Source: an uncultured Gemmatimonadaceae bacterium (GTDB lineage Bacteria; Gemmatimonadota; Gemmatimonadetes; Gemmatimonadales; Gemmatimonadaceae). Taken from it: DNA of 64,000 bases. The position numbers were made by a program, and so were the translations under genes. The notes under the pieces are model-generated. The model searched no databases, was not told where the DNA came from, and saw nothing but the letters and a program-made list of their open reading frames with translations. Positions within the stretch are counted from its first letter, which is position 1. Each line of letters begins with the position of its first letter. Below are positions 47,825 to 58,285 of this stretch, piece by piece. Location: positions 2,240,001 to 2,304,000 of the forward strand of contig CAVUDW010000002.1 of NCBI GenBank assembly GCA_963740355.1, in the 5' to 3' direction.

Positions 47825-49141
47825 ATGGATATTCTGAACGCAATCAAGGAACTCACCAACTCCAAGCAGATGGATCGCGAGGAGTTGCGTGCGCTTTTGC
47901 AGGATGGCATTCTGGCGGCGCTCGGCCGGAAGTATGGGCCGACCGTTGATGCGGAAGTCGAAATCGACGAGACCAAGGGCGAAATCCGCATCGTGCGCCT
48001 GCGCACGGTGTCGGCTGAAGTCACCGATCCGGTGCGCGAAGTGACGCTCGAGGAAGCACGCTTCCTCGACGAAAGCTTCGAAGTCGGCGACGTGATGGAA
48101 ACGCCCATTGAGTTCGCTGAGTTCGGCCGCACCGCTGTGCAGGCCGCCAAGCAGCGCATCTTGCAGCGGGTGCGGGAAGGTGAGCGCACCAAGATCAAGG
48201 ACGAGTTCTCTGGTCGTGTTGGCGACCTCTTCTCGGGTGAAGTGCAGCAGATCGAGCGCGGCAAGCTGGTGCTCATGCTGAACCGCCACCGCGAAGCGGA
48301 AGCGATCATTCCGTACCGCGAACAGAACCATCGCGAGCACTACCACCAGGGCGAGACCATCCGCGCCGTGCTGAAGAAGGTCGAGGACACGCCCAAGGGG
48401 CCGCGCCTCGTCTTCAGCCGCTCCGATCCCCTGTTCGTGCAGGCGCTGTTCAAGCTCGAAGTCCCGGAAATCCAGCAGGCGGTCGTCGAGATTCGTGCCG
48501 CCGCGCGCGAAGTCGGCAGCCGCACCAAGATCGCCGTCTTCTCGCGTGATGATGCGATCGATCCGGTTGGCGCTTGCGTCGGACTGAAGGGTGCACGAGT
48601 ACAGGCGGTCGTGAATGAGCTGGGCGGTGAGCGCATCGACATCGTGCCATGGTCGGCCGATCCGGAGCGTTTTGCCAAGCTCGCGCTCGCACCCGCGAAG
48701 GTCGCCCGGGTCTTCAGTGACCCGGCCACCAAGACGATCCAGGCCGTCGTGGACGAGGATCAGCTCTCGCTGGCCATCGGCCGCAATGGCCAGAACGTGC
48801 GCCTCGCGTCCGAGCTCACCGGCTGGAAGATCGACCTCTACTCGAGCCGCGAATGGGTCGAGAAGACGGAAGGTGGGGCTGGCTTCGCGCCGCTCCCCGA
48901 GGAGCCGGTGGCCGACGTCCCGCTTTCTGCCCTCGAAGGGCTGTCGATGGCGACCGTCGCGGTGCTCGAGGCGGGCGGATATCGCACGCTCAACGATATT
49001 ATTGATCTCGAGCGCGGCGACTTCCTCAAGCTGCCGGGCATTGCGCCGGCCGAAGCGGATCGCATCATGGGGATCCTCGACGAGCTGACGACGGACGATG
49101 CCACTGAAGAAGGTGGCAACAGTGCAGGGGCCGGCGCCTGA
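47825..49141 (+). CDS. nusA: Transcription termination/antitermination factor NusA
   Basis: 'FGRTAVQAAKQ', 'EVPEI', 'DPVGACVG', 'SLAIGRNGQNVRLA'. Confidence 0.98.
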   Translation: MDILNAIKELTNSKQMDREELRALLQDGILAALGRKYGPTVDAEVEIDETKGEIRIVRLRTVSAEVTDPVREVTLEEARFLDESFEVGDVMETPIEFAEFGRTAVQAAKQRILQRVREGERTKIKDEFSGRVGDLFSGEVQQIERGKLVLMLNRHREAEAIIPYREQNHREHYHQGETIRAVLKKVEDTPKGPRLVFSRSDPLFVQALFKLEVPEIQQAVVEIRAAAREVGSRTKIAVFSRDDAIDPVGACVGLKGARVQAVVNELGGERIDIVPWSADPERFAKLALAPAKVARVFSDPATKTIQAVVDEDQLSLAIGRNGQNVRLASELTGWKIDLYSSREWVEKTEGGAGFAPLPEEPVADVPLSALEGLSMATVAVLEAGGYRTLNDIIDLERGDFLKLPGIAPAEADRIMGILDELTTDDATEEGGNSAGAGA

Positions 49142-49470
49142 GTGACCTGGCTGAGCGACGCAAGCTGGCTGCGCTGCTCGGTCTCGGGTTTCGCGGACGC
49201 TTGGTAGTGGTGGGGGTTGAGCAGGTACGCGCCGAGGCGAAGAAGGGGACCGTGAAGCTTGCGGTCATCGCCCACGACGCGTCGCGTCACAGTCGCGAGA
49301 AGGTGGTGCCTCTGTTGCGCGCGAAGGGAATCGACATCATTGAAGTGATGTCGGCGGATGAGTTGGGCGCCGCATTCGGGCGCGAGCAGACTGCGGCGGT
49401 GGGCATTACCGACGCAGGGTTGGCGCGGGGCGTTCGAGCCATCGGGCTCGACACCGGGCGCTCGGAGTGA
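49138..49470 (+). CDS. L7Ae/L30e-family RNA-binding protein (YlxQ-like), probable CTG start
   Basis: 'KLAALLGLGFRGRLVVVGVEQV', 'IAHDAS', 'ELGAAFGR'. The family-like N-terminus extends upstream of the first TTG (49201). Confidence 0.85.
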   Translation: MSDLAERRKLAALLGLGFRGRLVVVGVEQVRAEAKKGTVKLAVIAHDASRHSREKVVPLLRAKGIDIIEVMSADELGAAFGREQTAAVGITDAGLARGVRAIGLDTGRSE

Positions 49471-49486
49471 CTTTCGGAGGCTGTGC

Positions 49487-52342
49487 TTGAGCAAGTTGCG
49501 CGTCGTGGATATGGCCGGTGAGTTCGAGATCAACGTGGACGAAGTGATCGCCATGTTGCGCTCGATGGACGTGCCGGTGTTGAGCCCGCAGAGCGGGCTG
49601 ACCGATGATCAGGTGTCACGGATCCGTGCACGGTGGGAGCGCGAAAAGCGCGCCCGCCAGGCCAAGGCCGCGGCACCTGCTCCTGCGGCTGCCCGTCGGC
49701 GTAAGGGAGCCGCTCCCGCGGCCGAACCCGCAGCGCCGACCCCCGCAGCGGCGCCCGACGTGCCCGCCGAGCCGGAAGCCGGCGCGCCGGCCGTTCGTCG
49801 CCGCAAGGCGGCTGACGTCGCCGCGCAGCAGGCCATTCATGATGCGACTGCTGCCGCCGAGGCCGAAGCACACGCTGCCGCCGAGGCGGCGCATGCTGCC
49901 GCGATCGCTGCTGCCGCTCCGCCACCGCCGCCACCGCCCGTCGAGGTTGCGCCACCTGCGCCTGTGATCGAGATGGCCGCCGCATCGGGCGACAGTGCCG
50001 CCGCGCCGGTCGCCCCGGTCGCCGTCACGCCGCCCGAAGCGCCCCCGGCACGCCCGGCGCCCGTCGCCAGCGCGTCGCCGACGACCGTGCAGCCGATGCC
50101 GACCCCGTACGCCAGCGCCTCCCCCAGCACGCAGAGTGCCGGCGGCTCGGGCGCGTCACGTCCGCCACTTCGTCCCGCGTCAGCTGGTCTTCCGGATCGG
50201 CCCCGTGCCGCCGGTGCAGGCTTGCCGCCGCGCGGCCGTCCTGGTCAGGGTGGTGGAAACTTCAGCGGCCCGCGTCCTGTCGCCTCGGCGACGCCGTCGT
50301 TCGGTGGCCCCGCCGTCCGTCCGCCTGGTGGTGGTGCGCCGCGTCCCGGTGGCGGTGCTCCAGGTGCCGGCAGTACCGCGCCTCGCGCCGGCGGTGATCC
50401 GCGTCGCGGTGGTGGCAAGAAGGGCAAGCGTGGGTCGGTCGATCAGGCCGCCGTCGACGCGAACATCTCGAAGACGATGAGCGCCTTGCGCGGCCCGGCT
50501 CGCCGTGGTCGTCGCTTCGACGACTCTGCATCACGTGAGGAGCTGGAGGCGTTCCGCGCCGCCGCTGCCGAACGTGAGCGGACGACGGTGCGCGTCAATG
50601 AATTCATCACGGTGTCGGAACTCGCCCAGATCCTGAAGGTCGCGGCCACGGAAATCGTCGGCTTCGCCTTCAAGCATCTCGGCTTGATGGTCACGATCAA
50701 CCAGCGACTCGACTTCGACCAGATCGAGTTGATCGCCGGTGAGTTCGGTTTCCAGGCTGTGAAGGAAGAGGAGTACGCCGTCGAGGAAGAAGCGGACAAG
50801 ATCGTCGATGCCGCCGAGGACCTCGTCTCGCGTCCGCCTGTCGTCACCATCATGGGTCACGTCGACCACGGCAAGACGTCGCTGCTCGACTACATCCGCA
50901 AGGCGAACGTCGTCGCAGGTGAAGCCGGTGGTATCACGCAGCACATCGGCGCCTACCATGTCACGCTGGCTGGTGGCAAGACGATCACCTTCCTCGACAC
51001 GCCGGGTCACGAAGCCTTCACGGCCATGCGTGCGCGAGGTGCACAAGTCACCGACATCGTCGTGCTGGTCGTTGCCGCTGACGACAAGGTGATGCCGCAG
51101 ACGATCGAGGCCATCTCGCATGCACGCAATGCCGGTGTGCCGCTGGTCGTTGCGATCAACAAGATCGACGCCCCGGGCGCAGATGCGGCCAAGGTGCGTC
51201 AGGACCTGCTGCAGCAGAACGTGGTGCTCGAAGACTTCGGTGGCTCGGTGCTCGCCAGCGACATCTCGGCAAAGAAGGGCACCAACATCGACCAGCTGCT
51301 CGACCAGATCCTGCTGCAGGCTGAAATCCTCGACCTCAAGGCCAACCCGGCGCGTCGTGCGCAGGGTGCCGTGGTCGAAGCGCAGCTCGATCCGGGCAAG
51401 GGCCCGGTCGCGACGGTGCTGATCCAGAATGGCACACTGCGCGTCGGTGATGACTTCATCTGCGGTGTGTTCTCCGGTCGCGTTCGCGCGCTGCTCGATG
51501 AGCGCGGCAAGATCGTGAAGTCCGCCGGCCCGGCGATCCCGGTGCAGGTGCTTGGCATGACGGGCGTTCCGATGGCCGGCGACCAGTTCGTCGTCGTCGA
51601 GGATGCCGCCGAAGCGCGTGAGATTGCGCAGCGTCGTGAGCGTCTCGAACGCGAAGCGCGCAGCCGTCGCACCACCAAGTCCTCTGTCTCGCTGGCTGAC
51701 TTCATGGCCGCCGCGACATCGGGCGAGAAGCGCACGCTGAAGATGCTCATCAAGGCTGACCAGGGCGGTCCGGCGGAAGCACTCGCCGACGCACTGCAGC
51801 AGCTGTCGAACGCTGAAGTTCAGGTCGAAGTCATCTCGCGTGGTGTCGGCGCGATCTCCGAGAGCGATATCCTGCTCGCGAAGGCCGCTGGTGCGATCAT
51901 CGTCGGCTTCCATGTGCGCCCGGACAACAAGGCGCGCTCGGCTGCCGAACGCGAAGGCGTCGACATCAAGCTCTACCGGATCATCTACGAAGCGGTCTCC
52001 GACGTGAAGTCTGCGCTCGAAGGCATGCTCCGCCCGGAACAGCGCGAAGTCATCTTCGGCGAGGCCGAAGTTCGCGAAGTCTTCAAGGTGCCGAAGCTTG
52101 GTGCCATCGCCGGTTGCATGGTTCGCAGCGGCATGATGAGTCGTCAGGGCAAGATGCGCGTGATCCGCGACGGTGTCGAAGTGTACGAAGGCAGCATCTC
52201 GTCGCTCCGCCGCTTCAAGGACGACGCGAAGGAAGTGAAGGAAGGCTACGAGTGCGGTATTGCGATCGAGAATTTCAACGACATCAAGGTCGGTGACGTG
52301 CTCGAATGCTTCCGCACCGAGGAAATCGCGCGCACGCTCTAA
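49487..52342 (+). CDS. infB: Translation initiation factor IF-2
   Basis: '[13 protein letters not shown]', 'DTPGHEAF', 'NKID'; GGAGG then TTG 49487. Confidence 0.98.
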   Translation: MSKLRVVDMAGEFEINVDEVIAMLRSMDVPVLSPQSGLTDDQVSRIRARWEREKRARQAKAAAPAPAAARRRKGAAPAAEPAAPTPAAAPDVPAEPEAGAPAVRRRKAADVAAQQAIHDATAAAEAEAHAAAEAAHAAAIAAAAPPPPPPPVEVAPPAPVIEMAAASGDSAAAPVAPVAVTPPEAPPARPAPVASASPTTVQPMPTPYASASPSTQSAGGSGASRPPLRPASAGLPDRPRAAGAGLPPRGRPGQGGGNFSGPRPVASATPSFGGPAVRPPGGGAPRPGGGAPGAGSTAPRAGGDPRRGGGKKGKRGSVDQAAVDANISKTMSALRGPARRGRRFDDSASREELEAFRAAAAERERTTVRVNEFITVSELAQILKVAATEIVGFAFKHLGLMVTINQRLDFDQIELIAGEFGFQAVKEEEYAVEEEADKIVDAAEDLVSRPPVVTIMGHVDHGKTSLLDYIRKANVVAGEAGGITQHIGAYHVTLAGGKTITFLDTPGHEAFTAMRARGAQVTDIVVLVVAADDKVMPQTIEAISHARNAGVPLVVAINKIDAPGADAAKVRQDLLQQNVVLEDFGGSVLASDISAKKGTNIDQLLDQILLQAEILDLKANPARRAQGAVVEAQLDPGKGPVATVLIQNGTLRVGDDFICGVFSGRVRALLDERGKIVKSAGPAIPVQVLGMTGVPMAGDQFVVVEDAAEAREIAQRRERLEREARSRRTTKSSVSLADFMAAATSGEKRTLKMLIKADQGGPAEALADALQQLSNAEVQVEVISRGVGAISESDILLAKAAGAIIVGFHVRPDNKARSAAEREGVDIKLYRIIYEAVSDVKSALEGMLRPEQREVIFGEAEVREVFKVPKLGAIAGCMVRSGMMSRQGKMRVIRDGVEVYEGSISSLRRFKDDAKEVKEGYECGIAIENFNDIKVGDVLECFRTEEIARTL

Positions 52343-52364
52343 GCTCGGGGCACGCATCCTTTTT

Positions 52365-52400
52365 GTGGCCCCCTCGGTGCACGTGCACTGTGGGGGTCAC
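52365..52400. other. Intergenic hairpin between infB and rbfA
   Basis: GTGGCCCCC-TCGGTGCAC/GTGCACTG-T-GGGGGTCAC. Confidence 0.55.
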
Positions 52401-52447
52401 TGCGTCAGCGGACCGTCAACCCGGCCGCCTGCCGCACTGGAGAGAAC

Positions 52448-52876
52448 ATGGCTGGAAATGAACGCCGTCCTGATCGGGTGGCCGCTGCAATACGTGAAGA
52501 AGTGGCGCGTGTGTTGTCGCGCGATGTGCAGGACCCGCGCATCGCTGGTGCTTTCGTGACCGTGACCAGCTGCGAGGTCTCGCGTGACTTGCGCACGGCG
52601 AAGGTGTTCGTGAGCATCCTCGGCGACGATGATGCGAAGGCCGCCGCGCGTGACGGCCTGGCCGACCTCGCGCCGCAATTGCGTGGACCAATCGGTCGCG
52701 CACTGCGCCTGCGTGCCGCACCTGAGATCTTCTTCCGCGTCGACGAAAGCATCGCCTACGCGGCGCGAATCGAGACCTTGCTGGCGCAGATCAAGACGCC
52801 TGCCGCCGACAGCGATGCTGCCGAGCCCCCCGGCGAGACCACTGGCGCCGGCGACGATGACGACCGCGGCAACTGA
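52448..52876 (+). CDS. rbfA: Ribosome-binding factor A
   Basis: 'RPDRVAAAIREE', 'DPRI', 'SRDLRTAKVFVS', 'PEIFFRVDES'. Confidence 0.96.
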   Translation: MAGNERRPDRVAAAIREEVARVLSRDVQDPRIAGAFVTVTSCEVSRDLRTAKVFVSILGDDDAKAAARDGLADLAPQLRGPIGRALRLRAAPEIFFRVDESIAYAARIETLLAQIKTPAADSDAAEPPGETTGAGDDDDRGN

Positions 52877-53735
52877 CGGGCTGTTGCTGCTGGACAAACC
52901 GGCGGGCATTTCATCGCACGATGCAGTGCTTGCCGCGCGTCGCTCGCTCCACGAAAAGCGCATCGGCCACGCGGGCACACTCGACCCGTTTGCGACCGGC
53001 CTCCTCGTACTGCTCACCGGTCGCGCGACTCGACTCCTCCCGTATATCCCGGGCGAGCCGAAGGTCTACGAGGCGACGATCCTGTTCGGCAGCGAGACGG
53101 ATACCGAGGACTTGCTTGGACAGGTGACGCGCGAGGCACCACTTCCCGATGAAGCCATGGTGCGCGCTGCAATCCCGTCGCTGACAGGTGTGATCGAGCA
53201 GGTGCCACCAGCGTACTCCGCGAAGCGTGTCGATGGCCAGCGCGCGTACGAAGCGGCGCGTGCAGGGGTGATACTCGACCTCAAGCCAGTCTCGATCACG
53301 GTGCATTCCTGGGAAGTGCTCAAATGGAATGGCGACACCTGCGATGTCCGGATCGTCTGCGGCGGCGGAACCTACGTGCGTTCGCTGGCTCGCGACCTCG
53401 GTCGCGCCGTGGGCAGCGCGGCGCACCTGCGTGGATTGCGTCGAGTTGCCGCCGGGGCCTTTCATATCGATCAAGCACAGCCCGTGCTTGCGCTGCGTGA
53501 CGAGCCCGCGCGACTTCGGCCGCCGCTCGACGCGCTCCCGCACCTGCCGCATGTGTCTCTCACCAACGACGAAGTGCATCGCATCCGACGCGGACTCGAC
53601 ATCGCCATTGCGGACGCTCCGGATGCCGCGTCAACCTACGTCGCGCTGGTGGCGGCGGAACATGGTGGCTTGATCGCCCTCGGTGAACACATCGGCGATC
53701 GCTGGCAGCCGCGGGTCGTGATGCGCGATGCGTGA
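52857..53735 (+). CDS. truB: tRNA pseudouridine-55 synthase
   Basis: 'DKPAG.SSHD', 'GHAGTLDPFATG', 'PPAYSAK', 'GTYVRSLARD'. Confidence 0.96.
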   Translation: MTTAATDGLLLLDKPAGISSHDAVLAARRSLHEKRIGHAGTLDPFATGLLVLLTGRATRLLPYIPGEPKVYEATILFGSETDTEDLLGQVTREAPLPDEAMVRAAIPSLTGVIEQVPPAYSAKRVDGQRAYEAARAGVILDLKPVSITVHSWEVLKWNGDTCDVRIVCGGGTYVRSLARDLGRAVGSAAHLRGLRRVAAGAFHIDQAQPVLALRDEPARLRPPLDALPHLPHVSLTNDEVHRIRRGLDIAIADAPDAASTYVALVAAEHGGLIALGEHIGDRWQPRVVMRDA

Positions 53736-54666
53736 CCTGAGCGTCGAGTGCGGACTGCCGTCGAATGTTTCCAGCGCGGCGGTGACGGTGGGCACCTTCG
53801 ACGGTGTGCATCTCGGTCACTACGATGTCCTGCGTCGGTTGTCCATGCTGGCCACATCGCGAGGCACGGCGAGTGTCCTTGTGACGTTTGCACCGCACCC
53901 CACGGAGGTCGTGCGTCCGAGTGCCGTGCCGATGCTCCTGACGCCCGGCATGGAGAAATTCGAGGCGCTCGCCACGATCGGCATCGACTACTGCGCCGTC
54001 GTGCCGTTCACCCGCGATCTGGCATCGCTGACGGCAGCCGAGTTCGTGAGCCGCGTGCTGCGTCCCCGATTCCGGATGGAGGCCCTGATGATCGGGCACG
54101 ATCACGGTTTTGGCCGGGACCGGGCGGGCGGGCGCGAGCAGTTGATGGCCCTTGGTGCAGCGGAAGGTTTTGCGGTGGAGCAGGTGGCACCGGTGAGCCT
54201 GGCCGATGGCACCGTCGTGTCGTCCTCCGCGATCCGGCGCGCCATCGCCGACGGGGAACTGGAGCCGGCTCGCCGCGCACTCGGTCGTCGCTACTCGATT
54301 TCCGGGGTCGTCCAGCTGGGCGACCAGCGAGGCCGGACGATTGGTTATCCGACGCTGAATCTCGGTACACCGCCGGCCAGAAAACTCCTGCCCCCGGCCG
54401 GGGTCTACGCCGCGATCGTTCAAACGCCTGGCGGCGCGTACGGCGCCATGATGAATCTGGGCGCCCGCCCGACGGTGGACGACGCCCGGCAAACGGTCGA
54501 GGCGCACCTCTTCGATTTTGCCGGCGACCTCTATGGCGCTCCCGTCCGCATCGATCTGGTCGCACCCTTGCGGCCGATCCGGCGCTTCAGCGGCCTCTCC
54601 GAACTGACCGACCAGCTTGCCGCCGATGAGATAGCAGCCCGGACTGCGTTGACCCGGTTCGGCTAA
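53728..54666 (+). CDS. ribF: Bifunctional riboflavin kinase / FAD synthetase
   Basis: '[10 protein letters not shown]', 'SSSAIR', '[10 protein letters not shown]', 'EAHLFDF'. Confidence 0.96.
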   Translation: MRDLSVECGLPSNVSSAAVTVGTFDGVHLGHYDVLRRLSMLATSRGTASVLVTFAPHPTEVVRPSAVPMLLTPGMEKFEALATIGIDYCAVVPFTRDLASLTAAEFVSRVLRPRFRMEALMIGHDHGFGRDRAGGREQLMALGAAEGFAVEQVAPVSLADGTVVSSSAIRRAIADGELEPARRALGRRYSISGVVQLGDQRGRTIGYPTLNLGTPPARKLLPPAGVYAAIVQTPGGAYGAMMNLGARPTVDDARQTVEAHLFDFAGDLYGAPVRIDLVAPLRPIRRFSGLSELTDQLAADEIAARTALTRFG

Positions 54667-54678
54667 ACCGGCTAGCTT
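54649..54678 (+). promoter_or_regulatory. Putative secD promoter
   Basis: TTGACC-18 bp-TAGCTT overlapping the ribF stop. Confidence 0.55.
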
Positions 54679-54727
54679 ACGCGGCTATCCGTACACCGTA
54701 GGTCCTTTCCTTCTTCCGCTGCAGGGC

Positions 54728-56428
54728 ATGAACAGTCTGCGGTCCCGCCTCCTGCTGATCGCCGCCGCCATCGGGCTTTCGGTTTTCGCTCTCTTCCCGC
54801 GCTCCACACCCGTGCGCGAGAAGCAGCCTGACGGCTCATTCGTCGAAACCACCAAGCGCCTCTGGCCCCTCAAGTACGGCCTCGACCTGCAGGGCGGCAT
54901 GCACCTCGCACTCGAGATCGACGAGAGCAAGGGCACAGTCGCTGACAAGAAGGACGCGCTCGGTCGTGCACTGAAGACGGTCCGCAACCGCATCGACCAA
55001 TTCGGCGTGTCCGAACCCGTCGTGCAGCAGGCGGGCGACGATCGCATCATCGTCGAGTTGCCCGGTGTCGACGACCAACAGCGCGCGCAGGACGTGGTCC
55101 AGAAGTCGGCGTTCCTTCAGTTCCAGATCACGGACAAGTCGAACGCCCTCGAGCGTTCATTGCCGCGTATGGACGCCGCAGTGCGCAGTCAGCGCCTGGA
55201 TGCAGAAGTCGCGTCCGCGGCTGGGGCACCGAAGGGACCATCGGCCGCCGCTCCTCTGAGCGGGTTGCTCACGGGCGATACCGCGAAGAAGGCCACCGTC
55301 GATGCCAAGTCGGCCGGTGCAGACACCGCAAAGAAGGTCGCCGCCGCAGACACCGCCGCACCGAAGGACGCCAACGGCCCGATCACCAAGCTGGTGCAGC
55401 CTGGGCAGATGCCCGGCCAGTATTACGTGAAGGAATCGGATGTTGCGCGACTGACGCGCTACCTCGCGGACACGCTGGTGCGCAGCGCCGTTGCCCCCGG
55501 CAAGGTGTTGCGTTTCGGAAGCGACACAGTGGGTGGCGCACCGGGTCAGGGCGCGTACCGCGCGCTCTACATGCTCGATGCCAAGCCGATCATCACCGGT
55601 GAGTTTCTCACCGATGCCAAGCCGAACCGGAATTCTCTCGAACCCGGCTACATCGTGGAGTTCGAGTTCAATGCCGAAGGCGGTCGCATCTTCCGTCGCG
55701 AGACGGGCAAGCACGTGCGCGACAACATGGCGGTCGTTCTCGACGATCGTGTCGTGACGGCGCCGACGATCAATAGCGCGATCGGCCGCAATGGCCAGAT
55801 CACGCTCGGTGGTGCTGGCCTGCAGGAAGCACAGGACCTTGCGCTCGTGCTTCGCGCCGGCGCACTGCCCGTGCCGCTCAAGGTGGCTGAGATGCGGAAC
55901 ATCGGTGCCAGCCTCGGTCAGGACTCGATCGACAAGGGCGTGCTCGCATTCGGCATCGCCATCCTGATGGTGGTCGTGATCATGGTCGGCTACTACCGCT
56001 TCAGCGGGATGATCGCAGTGGTCGCCCTCGCGCTTTACATCTTCTTCACCCTCGCAGCGCTGGCTGGCTTTGGTGCCACGCTGACGTTGCCTGGCCTGGC
56101 CGGACTCGTGCTCGGCGTCGGTATCGCCGTGGATGCGAACGTGCTCATCTTCGAGCGTATCCGTGAGGAGATGGATCGCGGCAAGTCTGCACGCCTCTCG
56201 ATCGACGAAGGCTTCAAGCACGCCCTGACGGCGATCGTCGACACCAGCGTCGCCACGATCCTCTCGGGCGCCGTGCTGTATCAGTACGGTACGGGACCAG
56301 TGCGCGGCTTCGCCGTGACCCTGGTGGTCGGCGTTGCCGCCTCGCTCTTCACGGCCATCTTCGTGACGCGCACCCTTCTCCTCGTCTGGCTTGACCGCAC
56401 CGGCGGCACGAAGCCACTGAGCATCTGA
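54728..56428 (+). CDS. secD: Protein translocase subunit SecD
   Basis: 'GLDLQGG', '[10 protein letters not shown]', 'LRAGALP', '[15 protein letters not shown]'. Confidence 0.97.
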   Translation: MNSLRSRLLLIAAAIGLSVFALFPRSTPVREKQPDGSFVETTKRLWPLKYGLDLQGGMHLALEIDESKGTVADKKDALGRALKTVRNRIDQFGVSEPVVQQAGDDRIIVELPGVDDQQRAQDVVQKSAFLQFQITDKSNALERSLPRMDAAVRSQRLDAEVASAAGAPKGPSAAAPLSGLLTGDTAKKATVDAKSAGADTAKKVAAADTAAPKDANGPITKLVQPGQMPGQYYVKESDVARLTRYLADTLVRSAVAPGKVLRFGSDTVGGAPGQGAYRALYMLDAKPIITGEFLTDAKPNRNSLEPGYIVEFEFNAEGGRIFRRETGKHVRDNMAVVLDDRVVTAPTINSAIGRNGQITLGGAGLQEAQDLALVLRAGALPVPLKVAEMRNIGASLGQDSIDKGVLAFGIAILMVVVIMVGYYRFSGMIAVVALALYIFFTLAALAGFGATLTLPGLAGLVLGVGIAVDANVLIFERIREEMDRGKSARLSIDEGFKHALTAIVDTSVATILSGAVLYQYGTGPVRGFAVTLVVGVAASLFTAIFVTRTLLLVWLDRTGGTKPLSI

Positions 56429-57411
56429 TGCTGCGAATCTTTCACAACACGACGTACGATTTCATCAAGTGGTGGAAAGTCGCCGCCATCGTCACCATCG
56501 CCTTCATGGCGATTGGCCTGGCATCGTTCGCATTCCGCGGCGGCATCAACTACTCGGTTGAGTTCACGGGTGGCACGCTCGTGCAGTTGAAGTTCAAGGA
56601 GCCCGCTGACGCCGGAAAGATTCGTGCGGCGCTCGACGGCGCCGGGATCAAGGGCGCCGAAGTGCAGCAGTACGGCGGGCCTGACGAGTTCACGATTCGC
56701 GCGCAGGACAAGGCGCTCGTGAGTCAGCAGGCTGCCGGCGCCGGCAAGATCGAGGACGAAATTCGCGCAGCGCTCTCGAAGTCGCTCGGCGCATCGACCT
56801 ACACCGTGGTGCGTACGGAATCGATCGGACCGAAGGTCGGCGAGGAACTGAGCCGCAACGCCTTGATCGCGATGGTGCTCGTCTCGCTCGCCACCCTGAT
56901 CTACCTCGCGTTCCGCTTCGAATGGCGGTTTGGCGTGGCGGCAGTGGTCGCGACGCTGCACGACACGATCGTCACGCTCGCGTTCATCAAGCTGTTGCAC
57001 CTCGAGGTGTCGCTCACCGTGGTGGCCGGCATCCTGACGCTGCTCGGTTATTCGATGAACGACACGATCATCATCTTCGATCGTGTGCGTGAAAACCTGA
57101 AGACCGCAGGCAAGGAGTCGCTGCGCAACGTGCTCAATCGGTCGATCAACGACACGCTGCCGCGCTCCATCATGACGCACGCCACGACGTTCGCCGCGTC
57201 GCTGGCGCTGCTCCTGTTCGCGGGTGAAGTGATCCGTCCGTTCGCATGGGTGATGGTGTTCGGCATCTTCGTCGCCACGTTCAGCTCGATCTATGTGGCT
57301 GGACCGGTGCTGCTCTGGATCGAACAGAAGTTCCCGCGGAACGCAGCGTCTGGTGCCGCTGCCCGCGCGGCAGAGGGTGCCAAGCGCCCGGGCACCGTCG
57401 CCACCCGGTGA
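56428..57411 (+). CDS. secF: Protein translocase subunit SecF
   Basis: 'VEFTGG', 'GYSMNDTIIIFDRVRE'. Confidence 0.97.
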   Translation: MLRIFHNTTYDFIKWWKVAAIVTIAFMAIGLASFAFRGGINYSVEFTGGTLVQLKFKEPADAGKIRAALDGAGIKGAEVQQYGGPDEFTIRAQDKALVSQQAAGAGKIEDEIRAALSKSLGASTYTVVRTESIGPKVGEELSRNALIAMVLVSLATLIYLAFRFEWRFGVAAVVATLHDTIVTLAFIKLLHLEVSLTVVAGILTLLGYSMNDTIIIFDRVRENLKTAGKESLRNVLNRSINDTLPRSIMTHATTFAASLALLLFAGEVIRPFAWVMVFGIFVATFSSIYVAGPVLLWIEQKFPRNAASGAAARAAEGAKRPGTVATR

Positions 57412-57440
57412 CGGCCGCCGAACGACTCACTGCTTCGACG

Positions 57441-57467
57441 GACCGCCGCCTTGCGCGGCGGTTTTGT
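57441..57467 (+). terminator. Intrinsic terminator after secF
   Basis: GACCGCCGC-CTTGC-GCGGCGGTT followed by TTGT. Confidence 0.7.
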
Positions 57468-57484
57468 CGTTGCGGCCGTCGCAC

Positions 57485-58285
57485 ATGCTGATTGATAGCC
57501 ACGCGCACCTGGCCGGCGAGAAATTCGATGCCGACAGGGACGCCATGCTGCAGCGCGCCTGGGACGCTGGCCTGTCACATGTCGTGGTGATCGGCGAAAC
57601 CTCGTCCGCGGCGCGTGATCTCGCCCGAACGGATCCGGCGCGCCTCTCCTTCACGGCGGGGGTTCACCCGCACGAAGCCGACAAGTTCGATTCCGCACGC
57701 GACGTCCCGCTGATGCGTGCGCTGGTGCAGGATGGAGCAGTTGCGATCGGCGAGTGTGGACTCGACTACTACTACGATCACAGTCCGCGCGAGCTGCAGC
57801 TGCGAGCCTTCCAACTGCAGCTCGAACTCGCCGAAGAGACCTCGCTGCCGGTGGTCGTGCACACTCGGCAAGCCGAAGACGACACGCTCGCGCTGATGCG
57901 TGCGGCAGCGGGCCGAGGAGTGCTCGGCGTGTTGCATTGCTTCACGGGCTCACCCGAGCTCGCACGCGCGGCCATCGATGTCGGCTGGTACATCTCCATC
58001 AGCGGCATCGCGACGTTCCGGACGTGGGACCGCGATGATGTCGTGGCCATGGTGCCCGACGCACAGCTCCTCGTGGAAACTGACTCGCCATACCTGGCGC
58101 CGGTGCCGCATCGCGGGCGACGTAACGAATCCGCCTTTCTGCCAGCTACGGTCGAGCGTCTCGCGCTCGTTCGCGGCACCACTGCCGATGCGCTGGGGCG
58201 ACTGACGGCGCAGAACGCCATCCGCTTCTTCAAGTTGCCCCTCTCCTTGCCGACGACCAGGACGATCCAGACCGATGCTCACTGA
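57485..58285 (+). CDS. tatD: TatD-family deoxyribonuclease
   Basis: 'IDSHAHL', 'GVHPH', 'IGECGLDY', 'HCF', 'ETDSPYLAP'. Confidence 0.94.
   Translation: MLIDSHAHLAGEKFDADRDAMLQRAWDAGLSHVVVIGETSSAARDLARTDPARLSFTAGVHPHEADKFDSARDVPLMRALVQDGAVAIGECGLDYYYDHSPRELQLRAFQLQLELAEETSLPVVVHTRQAEDDTLALMRAAAGRGVLGVLHCFTGSPELARAAIDVGWYISISGIATFRTWDRDDVVAMVPDAQLLVETDSPYLAPVPHRGRRNESAFLPATVERLALVRGTTADALGRLTAQNAIRFFKLPLSLPTTRTIQTDAH

Noticed and set aside
49670..50420. Long Pro/Ala/Gly-rich insert in infB
   Set aside because: Normal variable disordered N-terminal region of IF-2.
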